A DNA stretch of 64,000 nt from an uncultured virus (IMG/VR IMGVR_UViG_3300006927_000005) (taxonomy: Duplodnaviria > Heunggongvirae > Uroviricota > Caudoviricetes), in IMG/VR virus record IMGVR_UViG_3300006927_000005; one strand, 5' to 3'. This document shows, piece after piece, positions 32,545 to 40,943 of this stretch. The translations under genes and the position numbers were made by a program. Numbering within the stretch: the first letter of the stretch is position 1; each line of letters begins with the position of its first letter. The notes under the pieces were generated by a model, which was given only the letters and a program-made list of their open reading frames with translations, was not told the origin of the DNA and made no database searches.

Positions 32545-34259
32545 ACTCTAACATATCCTGCTCTTTGCATTTCTTCCATATCTGAGTTATAATTAGGACC
32601 TTCATCCTCTCCTAAAATATTTATGTTTTCAAAGTGAACTGGCGGAGGGTTCCATGTATCATCAATATTTTGCATTTTATAATCTTGCAGAAAATTGCTA
32701 AACTTTTGATCAATATATGGACCTAATTCTATTTTTGCGGGTCGTTGATTATCATCAATTTCTGTTACACTATAGTATTTTTGTATAACGCTATTTTCTA
32801 ATATTAATAATGCCCAGACCATTGCCATAACTCTATCATCATAATCAAACCCAGGCTGAGCTGCCCAAGACCCATTAGGGTATCGTACAAAATTTTTCAG
32901 TTCTATGATAGTGGGTTTTGATCTTATATCAACACATTTAAGTTCATTAATCCAATATCTCATATTAGTTATACCTTTATACTTGGTATTAGTATGAGCA
33001 TATACTCCTAGTCTATCATATTTTACTTGACCTATTTTAGGAGACCAATTAACTATACTTCTGTAATTATATTGGTGATATAAATTATCTACAACTTGAC
33101 TGCCGCAATTATTTCTTTCTATTAATACAGGAGGTGCGCCCCAGTGATAACATATGTCACGAACTTTAGTAGTAAATTCAAATGGGTTAATTTCATTAGA
33201 TGCATATTCTGCAACTTGTTTTATATCTTGTAAATCAGTTATATCTAAAACTTGTATAACGCTAAAATTTTGGCCAACACCTTCTGCTACATCAACACCT
33301 ATAGTATATAAATGATCTTTATCTGGTTCATCCCATACACTATAACATCCATCATCAAACATATATGTAGGTTCTTTTGTCTTAGCGGCCAGCTTCTCGT
33401 AAAAGAGTTCATCGATAAAGGAGTCACCAGTATCAAGAAACTTACAATCAAACTCTTGCGCAAAGGCTTCTTCACTACCTATAGATTTTATAGTATCTTT
33501 TTTCCATTGTTCATCTCTACCCGGGACTTCGTGCCATAATATTTTTTCTGCTTTCCAGTTATTTGTTCCTTTTTCTGCTTCTGTGTATAATGTAAAAAAT
33601 AAATTACCACTACCGTTGGGAGTAGACGCTACAAATATTTTAGATTTTGTTGATGAGGAAATAATAGGATATACTGAACTCCAGAATTGCTCAACAAGAT
33701 TATTTGGAATAAACGCTAACTCATCTAGAATTAATACATTAACAGATTCTCCTCGTCCAGCATCTGAGCTTGTTGTACTAATACCAATACTACTCCCGTT
33801 TGCTAATTTCATAGAAGTCTTACCGTATTCTACAACACCGGGTTTGAGATAATTTGGTAAATTTTCATATGCAAGTCTAACTCTTCCAAAAATACTAATA
33901 GCAGTCTGCTCTTTATTAGCAACAATTAATATACGTTGATCGTCTTCAAAACAAGCAATCCATAAAGCATAAATTGTCATCATAGTAGTTTTTCCGGTTT
34001 GTCTACTAGCTAGACAGGCTACAAACCTATTATCTCTTAAACTACGTAATATCCTTCTCTGAAAAGGATATAACTGTATTTTCATCTTACCTTGATCAAG
34101 ATTTACAATGTGAAAAAATTCTTCTGCAAAGTGAAGAATATTCTGTCTTGCTTTTTTGAGCGACTTTACCATCTCCGGAGTCCACTCAAACTCCATATCA
34201 GGGTTAGGTAGGTTTGTATTACCTAAATAAAATTTATCGTCTTTTTTTAGCCTCGGCAC
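32541..34259 (-). CDS. terminase large subunit (gp17-like)
   Basis: SRQTGKTT, LILDELAF, ASTPNG, QEFDCKF, GVDVAEG, DDRVMA; GTG start. Confidence 0.95.
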   Translation of the reverse strand: MPRLKKDDKFYLGNTNLPNPDMEFEWTPEMVKSLKKARQNILHFAEEFFHIVNLDQGKMKIQLYPFQRRILRSLRDNRFVACLASRQTGKTTMMTIYALWIACFEDDQRILIVANKEQTAISIFGRVRLAYENLPNYLKPGVVEYGKTSMKLANGSSIGISTTSSDAGRGESVNVLILDELAFIPNNLVEQFWSSVYPIISSSTKSKIFVASTPNGSGNLFFTLYTEAEKGTNNWKAEKILWHEVPGRDEQWKKDTIKSIGSEEAFAQEFDCKFLDTGDSFIDELFYEKLAAKTKEPTYMFDDGCYSVWDEPDKDHLYTIGVDVAEGVGQNFSVIQVLDITDLQDIKQVAEYASNEINPFEFTTKVRDICYHWGAPPVLIERNNCGSQVVDNLYHQYNYRSIVNWSPKIGQVKYDRLGVYAHTNTKYKGITNMRYWINELKCVDIRSKPTIIELKNFVRYPNGSWAAQPGFDYDDRVMAMVWALLILENSVIQKYYSVTEIDDNQRPAKIELGPYIDQKFSNFLQDYKMQNIDDTWNPPPVHFENINILGEDEGPNYNSDMEEMQRAGYVRV

Positions 34260-34272
34260 TATAAATATTTAC
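34260..34272. promoter_or_regulatory. bidirectional gp55-type late promoter
   Basis: Whole intergenic region TATAAATATTTAC; palindrome TAAATATTTA (34262-34271) gives TAAATA on both strands. Confidence 0.75.
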
Positions 34273-35685
34273 ATGACCGGCAGAGATTTAAACTCTATTA
34301 ATGACGCTTTTGTAAAAGCTACGGTTTCAGGTACTACTGAAGAGGTTGAAGAGCCAAAAGAACTTGTTACTGAAGATAAAGAAATTAAAGCGTCTATTAA
34401 AAATGAGATAGATGCATTGGGAGTCGGCGCAGGGATCGTGGGCGGAGCTCTTTTGCATAAAATTGCAACAAGAAAAAAGAAAAAGAGAAAGGGTCATGAC
34501 GATGATGGAGCACATGTTCATCTAGCTCATGATTCAGTAAAAGAAACTGGATTACCTGATCTTAGTCGTCATAGTGGTGATCGTTTAGATGATGAGCCAT
34601 TAGAGGTTGGAGATATAGTGGAGGTTGAAGGTGAAGGTTCAGATTTTGTAATTCTTAGTATTGATGGAGACTGGGTTTCAGCCGCCGAGCTGGCGGGTGA
34701 TGGAATTCAAGTTAAAAGAGATAATGTTGCAAAGACATCGAGCATGTCCTGGGGCGAAGCGAAAGAGTCAGTTAAGTTTGAAAGGAAGTTAGTTACATTA
34801 AAGGAAAAAAAGGACAAAAAAATGGATCATTTTAAAGTAGACGCAAATATTATGGATGAATATGAAGACCGGTTGGCTTCTAGTAAATATAGGGTTCGTG
34901 AAAAAAACGAGCCTGGTAAAGATCATAAGAAGCCAGATGAATCTGTTGGAGTGAAGTTAAATTCGAAGAATCAACGACCAACAGATGAGGTTGTAGTAGA
35001 TGGTGCTGAGCCTAAAAAGCAAAAAGCAGAAGAAGATTTACAGGAGCCTGTTGAGGCGGCAGAAGAGGATGACGACAAAAAAGTAAAAAAAGAGAAGAAA
35101 GTTGTTAAGGAGAGTATAAATAATTGTAACAAAGGTAATATTATGTCAGAAGATAAGTCAATATTTGATAAGCTCTACGAGCAAGTAATGGGTGAAGACG
35201 ATGATTTCGAAAATGAGCTTGGTATAGACACATTACCAGGCGATGATCTTGGTCTTGATGATGAGCTCGGAGATGAAGGTGGCGAAGACGTCACAGTAAC
35301 ATTAACTCCAGACCAAGCCGATGCTATTCGAGCCGTCGCGGATCAACTCGCTCCAGCGGATGACGAGGAACCCGCTGATGATGAGTTCGGTGGCGACGAC
35401 GAGCCGGTTGAAGATGAAAGCTTCGAGGGAGTCGAAGAGGATGTAACACCAACAACTGGTGCTCCGACATCCGATGGTACAAAACCTGGTGTCGATCCTT
35501 CTGATGGTGGTGGTAAGGCCACGGATCCTGCTTCTGATAGTTTAGGCGGAAAGACAGCTGGTACCGGTGATGCGAAGGTTACTGATGACGAGACGACAGG
35601 TAAGCCTACCACTGATGGTAAGAAACCTGGAGTTCACAAAGCCAGTGGTAAGCCAGGTCCATTAAAGGCCAAGTCGAAGACCTAA
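34273..35685 (+). CDS. acidic low-complexity protein, putative internal head/scaffold-associated protein
   Basis: 470 aa, very D/E-rich, late promoter upstream and terminator downstream. Confidence 0.5.
   Translation: MTGRDLNSINDAFVKATVSGTTEEVEEPKELVTEDKEIKASIKNEIDALGVGAGIVGGALLHKIATRKKKKRKGHDDDGAHVHLAHDSVKETGLPDLSRHSGDRLDDEPLEVGDIVEVEGEGSDFVILSIDGDWVSAAELAGDGIQVKRDNVAKTSSMSWGEAKESVKFERKLVTLKEKKDKKMDHFKVDANIMDEYEDRLASSKYRVREKNEPGKDHKKPDESVGVKLNSKNQRPTDEVVVDGAEPKKQKAEEDLQEPVEAAEEDDDKKVKKEKKVVKESINNCNKGNIMSEDKSIFDKLYEQVMGEDDDFENELGIDTLPGDDLGLDDELGDEGGEDVTVTLTPDQADAIRAVADQLAPADDEEPADDEFGGDDEPVEDESFEGVEEDVTPTTGAPTSDGTKPGVDPSDGGGKATDPASDSLGGKTAGTGDAKVTDDETTGKPTTDGKKPGVHKASGKPGPLKAKSKT
35115..35142 (+). 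promoter_or_regulatory. intragenic late promoter plus SD-like site
   Basis: TATAAATAATTGTAACAAAGGTAATATT followed by an in-frame ATG at 35143. Confidence 0.6.
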
Positions 35686-35711
35686 TACAATTAAAACATA
35701 ATACCTTTGAG

Positions 35712-35740
35712 AGCCCCTTACAAATGTAAGGGGCTTTTTT
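35712..35740 (+). terminator. rho-independent terminator
   Basis: AGCCCCTTAC-AAAT-GTAAGGGGCT perfect 10-bp stem followed by a T run. Confidence 0.9.
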
Positions 35741-35754
35741 ATTAAATAATTAAA

Positions 35755-36066
35755 ATGTTATTTACTCGTAAATTTCTTGAAGCTTTAGGACTCCCGAATT
35801 TATATAAATTAAGAGGTAGTACGGGGTCAGGAAGATTGCATCAAAATTTATTACCGGTTAGTCATAGAACAAAGCCTAATACTTGTCATAAACTAAACAG
35901 ATTAAAAGATGAGGAAAATGGAGTATTTCTTTTAACCGCTAGCGAAGTACAAGGTATAAAGGAGTTATATAAGATTACAGATTTAGAAAAGAGAGGTTCT
36001 CGAAATTTAGGTAATACTGGAATAACAATGTATATAGCAGATAACAAATATTATATTAAAAAATAA
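35755..36066 (+). CDS. hypothetical late protein
   Basis: 103 aa; TAAATA at 35743-35748. Confidence 0.6.
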   Translation: MLFTRKFLEALGLPNLYKLRGSTGSGRLHQNLLPVSHRTKPNTCHKLNRLKDEENGVFLLTASEVQGIKELYKITDLEKRGSRNLGNTGITMYIADNKYYIKK

Positions 36067-36800
36067 TGGCATCAGCATGGAGTACAGATACAGCTACTGC
36101 AGTAAATTATCATAGTAACGCTGAAGATATTATACGATTTAATAATAAGTCGTTAGGTACAAACGAGCGTAATCAAACATATAAGAGATGGTGGAAAGAG
36201 CAAGTAAGATTATATGGAACTAGTGTTAGTTATTATGTTCGAAAATTTAATCTAGATTTAACTGATAAAACGTATGGTGAAAATCCATATGAAGGATATC
36301 AAACTCCTCAGACACTTACTATGTTAATAGATTTAACGGATGGTGCTATAACGTACTCTCAATATGGCTTAATATCTGATGATGAATTAGCGGCTGTAAT
36401 AGATATTGAAACTTATCAAAAAACTCTTTCTTCTTATTATGATAGTTCGACAGTTACAGAACCAAATGCTGGAGATGTATTTCAATTAACTGAATATGGA
36501 GATGATCGCCCGGCGGGTCGGAACGGTAAAATATTTGAAATTACTGAACGGTTAGACGAGACCATCGGACAAATAAATCAATTACAAGGACACTATGTAT
36601 TTAAACTTCGAGCTCGGAGGAACGACCATACATTCTTACCAGGATTAACTGCAGAGACTAAATCTACACAAGTAGTTGATGTATCAGGAGTTGGCCCGTT
36701 ATCTGCTATTGAAACTGATTATATACATGATATAGATACAGAACAAGCGACGTATTTTGAATATGGTACTAACGATGACGTGTATGGTGACTATTACTAA
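36066..36800 (+). CDS. neck/head-completion protein (gp14-like)
   Basis: EQVRLYGTSVSYYVR..YGE...SQYGL..DE...EPNAGD...IFEIT..YVFKL. Confidence 0.75.
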   Translation: MASAWSTDTATAVNYHSNAEDIIRFNNKSLGTNERNQTYKRWWKEQVRLYGTSVSYYVRKFNLDLTDKTYGENPYEGYQTPQTLTMLIDLTDGAITYSQYGLISDDELAAVIDIETYQKTLSSYYDSSTVTEPNAGDVFQLTEYGDDRPAGRNGKIFEITERLDETIGQINQLQGHYVFKLRARRNDHTFLPGLTAETKSTQVVDVSGVGPLSAIETDYIHDIDTEQATYFEYGTNDDVYGDYY

Positions 36801-36990
36801 ACTCGTATTCTACGTCTTTTAATACTGAGTGAAATCTTTCGTTGATATATTTATTAATAGGTATCGGCTTAAGACAATCTGCGGTATGTCCCATTTTTTC
36901 TGCTTTATCAGCAATAATATTCACGGCTTCGAATAAGCATAACCATCTAGCTAAAGGTGAATAATCTCTTGTCGTTGGCTTATTTATCAT
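36769..36990 (-). CDS. hypothetical protein
   Basis: 73 aa, in an overlapping chain of minus-strand genes. Confidence 0.55.
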   Translation of the reverse strand: MINKPTTRDYSPLARWLCLFEAVNIIADKAEKMGHTADCLKPIPINKYINERFHSVLKDVEYEFSNSHHTRHR

Positions 36991-37369
36991 AAATTATTTT
37001 TGTAGGTAAAACGGTATTAATGTCGATTATAATTTTATTAATTGTATCACATTCATCGCATTCAAATTCATTTTCTTCTGTTAAAGTAATATATACATTA
37101 TTCATTTTTTTGCATTTTTGACATTCAGCTAGGATTCGGTTTTGTTCAGCTAATTGAGATAATTGAATTGCTTCTTTTTCAAGATTTAATCGTGCAATAT
37201 ATCTAAGAATATTATTGTAGAGAAAAAAGAAGAGTATTTGAAGACCTGTTATACCTATTAATACTTGTATTAAAGTATTAAATGAAGGGTAAAATAAAAA
37301 TGTAATACCGCTTATTGAACTTGAAATTAAAAATACAATTAATAAACTCTTAACTATCTGACTCATCAT
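36980..37369 (-). CDS. membrane protein with C-terminal zinc ribbon
   Basis: Two hydrophobic N-terminal segments; CQKC...CDEC. Confidence 0.65.
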   Translation of the reverse strand: MMSQIVKSLLIVFLISSSISGITFLFYPSFNTLIQVLIGITGLQILFFFLYNNILRYIARLNLEKEAIQLSQLAEQNRILAECQKCKKMNNVYITLTEENEFECDECDTINKIIIDINTVLPTKIIYDK

Positions 37370-37715
37370 GATCTAAATCTTCCGACACTGATTTTATAAG
37401 ATCCTGAATTTTTTGCAACTTAAAAGTTGCGGATTTAACAATTTTTTTATCTAAGTGGACGGCGGGATTATCGGCAAGTTGATTTATTAAATAAGTAGCA
37501 TCTGATATGTTTTTAAAAGCACTACCGAGTTGTTCAATTAAATGATCTCCGGGAAAAGGTATTAAATCAGCTTTAATTCGATTATAGGTGTCGGGACTTG
37601 CTTTTGCAATATCAGCTAATGTTTTTGTCGTAGGTCGAACATGTCTAGACTTTACATCTTTCCAGTACTTGTTAGTGTACTTATATAAATCTTCGAAAAG
37701 TATGCCTTTCATCAT
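37350..37715 (-). CDS. hypothetical late protein
   Basis: 121 aa; start may be the second ATG (37712), 6 nt from TAAATA. Confidence 0.6.
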   Translation of the reverse strand: MMKGILFEDLYKYTNKYWKDVKSRHVRPTTKTLADIAKASPDTYNRIKADLIPFPGDHLIEQLGSAFKNISDATYLINQLADNPAVHLDKKIVKSATFKLQKIQDLIKSVSEDLDHDESDS

Positions 37716-37735
37716 AAGTATTTAATAAATACTTA
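37715..37735. promoter_or_regulatory. back-to-back late promoters
   Basis: Perfect inverted repeat TAAGTATTTA-A-TAAATACTTA between divergent genes. Confidence 0.7.
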
Positions 37736-37736
37736 C

Positions 37737-38141
37737 ATGGGAAAGTTTGAAAATAAATTTTTATCTTTACTTAAAGAAGATGAATTTGATGATCCAGTAC
37801 CCGCGGTCGATGCAGGACCGGAAGATGATCAACAGTCTTTTACTAATGCTTTAGATGATCCTAGTACTGCTGATGAGTTTGAGGATGTAATCGACCAGCA
37901 CCCAAACGAAATGCAGGAACTAGAAGATTTACAAGAATGGATTGGTAATATTGAAGACGTAATAGAGTATCTTAACGGTGGGATTGAGAGTGTGTTAGGT
38001 AAATTAAGAACTGATAATAAAGTTGGTACTATTTTTGCTGATGTTTCTGATGCTACAAAAAGTGAAGTACTTGATGTATGTGAGAGATTAGCTAGTTTAA
38101 ATCAAATTTTCAAAAACCTCTATATAGAAAAACATAAATAA
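37737..38141 (+). CDS. hypothetical acidic late protein
   Basis: 134 aa; TAAATA 5 nt upstream. Confidence 0.6.
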   Translation: MGKFENKFLSLLKEDEFDDPVPAVDAGPEDDQQSFTNALDDPSTADEFEDVIDQHPNEMQELEDLQEWIGNIEDVIEYLNGGIESVLGKLRTDNKVGTIFADVSDATKSEVLDVCERLASLNQIFKNLYIEKHK

Positions 38142-38148
38142 TTATATC

Positions 38149-38523
38149 ATGGCTTACAGTACACAACATATAGATTTCTTAAAAGGAGTTGCCGCGGAGG
38201 CAGCTGATGCAACTGCCGCGGCTAAGACACAATGGAAAGCTGCTGATCCAGATGAAAGTGCTGCGTTTGAGGCAGCATTTCAAGAAGCTAAGAAGGCTCG
38301 CAAGTTTGCTATATTGGAATTAGAAGCTGCCGAAGCTGAGAATGCGCTTGAAGAGCCAGTTGCTACCGCACCAGCTCCTGCACCAGCTCCTGCACCAGCT
38401 CCTGCACCGGTACCAGCCGCGACTGATGATGAAACAACCGCACATTTAAATTCGAAATGGAAATCATATTGTCGGCAACAAGGTCGTAATCTGACCGCAA
38501 GACCAGCAGGTTGGGGAGAATAA
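38149..38523 (+). CDS. Ala-rich hypothetical protein with Ala-Pro linker
   Basis: 124 aa; TAAATA at 38135-38140. Confidence 0.6.
   Translation: MAYSTQHIDFLKGVAAEAADATAAAKTQWKAADPDESAAFEAAFQEAKKARKFAILELEAAEAENALEEPVATAPAPAPAPAPAPAPVPAATDDETTAHLNSKWKSYCRQQGRNLTARPAGWGE
38368..38408 (+). repeat. 12-bp tandem repeat GCACCAGCTCCT (three copies plus a partial), encoding (AP)n
   Basis: Read directly from the sequence. Confidence 0.9.
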
Positions 38524-38534
38524 TTTAAAATATT

Positions 38535-38840
38535 ATGTATTCAAAAGGTTCATATACAGTAGCTAAACCAGTTTCGGCGTATGGTGTTACTAATAATACG
38601 ACATATAGCTTAGGTGAAGCGTGGGATGGTTTTATTGTTACTAAAGCTTGTACAGGGACCGTAACTATTACTCTTATTGATGGCTATGATGAACAAACGA
38701 TAGACACAGTTACAACTCCTGCTGGGAAGGCTACAATGGTTCCATTTGTGCAACCGCAACCAGGAGTATACAACATAGGGCTTTGCAAAATTACAAATTC
38801 AGTCGGTGCTGATAATGTTAATATTATCATTTATCAGTAA
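38535..38840 (+). CDS. hypothetical beta-rich protein
   Basis: 101-aa ORF. Confidence 0.55.
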   Translation: MYSKGSYTVAKPVSAYGVTNNTTYSLGEAWDGFIVTKACTGTVTITLIDGYDEQTIDTVTTPAGKATMVPFVQPQPGVYNIGLCKITNSVGADNVNIIIYQ

Positions 38841-39867
38841 TTCTTGATAATAGTAATTTACCCTTTAATTCACTATAACTATTTTTAATTATAAACTGTG
38901 ATGAGATTTCGTCGCGGTTTATTTTCATACATAAATCATTAAAGTCTTTATATTGTAATAATTCTTCAGGCCATATAAAGCATTCTTCACCTTGACTGAG
39001 TAATGAGCGAGTTTTTTGTTTTGCGGTTTGATCACAATATTGATTATCAAGTACCCAAATACGTTTATGAAATGGTTTTTGTCCTATTTGCTGTTCTTGT
39101 TTTTTAGTAAAACAAGATCTCCCTTTACTAATACCACCAACAGCGACTCCGTTCTTAACAAAGAAACTATCTATTGGTCCTTCAAATATAAAAATATAAT
39201 CTAAATTGTTGTCTACTTTATCAATATTAAATATTGTTTTATCAGCGCCTATCTTTGATAAGTATTTTGGTTTTGTATCTTTTTTATTTTGTTTTAATTT
39301 TCTTGATTGATAGAAGACGATATTTTTATCATCATAAAAAGGAATAATTATTCTATTTTTGTGTACGAAGTCATTTCTACAAAACCAAAGTGTTTTAGGC
39401 TTATTAATTGCTGTAAACAGTTTTCTCTCTTTACATGTAATAATTGCATGAGTTATCATTGGTTCGTGATTATAAAAATTACATTGAATGTTATCATACA
39501 AATTAATACAATCGTCTGGTAATGAAGGTGGTGGTTTTTCAGGGGTAAGAGTATCTTCTTTAGTATCTATAGGTATATTAAATGTATCTATTTCTTTACA
39601 TTCATTAATTATATCAATATATGTTTTACCTGTTACTTCTTGAACCCACTTAATTGGAGAGCCAGTCCAACCACAATTGTGGCAAAAAATATGATCTTCT
39701 TTTACTATATAATAAAGACGTCTTTTTTTATTCCAAGATTTACCTTCCCTACATATAGGGCAACCGCCTTCATATACATTGGTTAATTTTTTGTACTTAG
39801 GGTATCCTGCGTACTGATAAAATTTCTCAACAATATACTCTTGTGGAATTACTTCACTTAGACTCAT
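38827..39867 (-). CDS. DNA primase (gp61-like)
   Basis: Zn finger CPIC...CHNCG, IIIPFY, YQSR, KYL, TOPRIM FEGPIDS, LDN, KDFND. Confidence 0.92.
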   Translation of the reverse strand: MSLSEVIPQEYIVEKFYQYAGYPKYKKLTNVYEGGCPICREGKSWNKKRRLYYIVKEDHIFCHNCGWTGSPIKWVQEVTGKTYIDIINECKEIDTFNIPIDTKEDTLTPEKPPPSLPDDCINLYDNIQCNFYNHEPMITHAIITCKERKLFTAINKPKTLWFCRNDFVHKNRIIIPFYDDKNIVFYQSRKLKQNKKDTKPKYLSKIGADKTIFNIDKVDNNLDYIFIFEGPIDSFFVKNGVAVGGISKGRSCFTKKQEQQIGQKPFHKRIWVLDNQYCDQTAKQKTRSLLSQGEECFIWPEELLQYKDFNDLCMKINRDEISSQFIIKNSYSELKGKLLLSRITDK

Positions 39868-40048
39868 CTACCGGGCGAGTACTGACTAGTACTTTTGTAA
39901 TAAATTGGCCGGTCGATGGATCAGTATAATGCGCCTCTGTACGGATTTCATTACCCATTCTAATTTCTCTCATTACAGGGGCCGCAGTAGCTCCAGACGG
40001 AGCAGTAATAGTGCGAGGATTTTGAACGTATCTAATTTCTGGTTGCAT
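39854..40048 (-). CDS. hypothetical protein
   Basis: 64 aa, overlapping both neighbours. Confidence 0.55.
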   Translation of the reverse strand: MQPEIRYVQNPRTITAPSGATAAPVMREIRMGNEIRTEAHYTDPSTGQFITKVLVSTRPVDESK

Positions 40049-40943
40049 TTTTAATCGCCTTGTTAATAATATTTATTATATTTTCGTTATTATTAAAGGA
40101 TTCTCGCCATGAAGTATAGTTTCTGACAATAGACCATAAATTTAATTTTTTAGCTTCTTCAAGAAATTTATTATAATTACTTGTAGTTTTTTTGCTATTT
40201 TTTAATTGTTTTTCATATACAGGTACTTCATCAGGATAATAATCATATCCAACTGATAGATCCATTAGTTGTAAATTTCTCTCGTAAATGACCTGTTGTT
40301 GTTCTGTTAATTTAGTTAAATCTAATTTTTTAAATCGTGCTAGACCATATCTAGGAATTCCTGGTATATTATCAGATTTATCACCTGTAATTGCTCTATA
40401 ATTTAAATATTGTTCCTTGGGTACTCCTGTATATTCTTCAAAATTTTGTAGTGTAATTTCTTTCTTTTTAATAGGGCTATAAACTTTCGTATCTTGAGAT
40501 ATTGTTTGTAATAAATCTTTATCTGTAGTTACTATAACTTTTGTTCCATTTAAGATAGTTGAAAGCCATGCCATTAAATCATCAGCTTCCATTCTAAGCG
40601 GATACATATTATGTACTCCTAATAAAGCAATAACTTCTTGTATTTTTTCAGCGAATTCATGTACATCTTTAAATTTGTCATCGTCTCTGTTCGCTTTATA
40701 TTCTACAGTTATAGTTTCATTTCTAAAATTAGTAGAAGGCCATTCTAATTTTTTATCCCAGGTACAATAAATGTTTTCTGGTCTAAACTTATCAACATAG
40801 GATTTTAAAGATCGTAGGAATAAGAATATTTGACCAGGACTATTATCTTCATCTAATTTAAAATTATTAGTCCAGAATATACGATATAAAAGATTGTTAC
40901 CATCAATTATAAGATTATTTGTTCCACCAGTGCGCATTTTCAA
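40032..40943 (-). CDS. 5'-3' exonuclease/flap nuclease (T4 RNase H-like)
   Basis: IIDGNNL, YKANR, EADD, TTDKDLLQ, GDKSDNIPGI. Confidence 0.92.
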   Translation of the reverse strand: MKMRTGGTNNLIIDGNNLLYRIFWTNNFKLDEDNSPGQIFLFLRSLKSYVDKFRPENIYCTWDKKLEWPSTNFRNETITVEYKANRDDDKFKDVHEFAEKIQEVIALLGVHNMYPLRMEADDLMAWLSTILNGTKVIVTTDKDLLQTISQDTKVYSPIKKKEITLQNFEEYTGVPKEQYLNYRAITGDKSDNIPGIPRYGLARFKKLDLTKLTEQQQVIYERNLQLMDLSVGYDYYPDEVPVYEKQLKNSKKTTSNYNKFLEEAKKLNLWSIVRNYTSWRESFNNNENIINIINKAIKNATRN

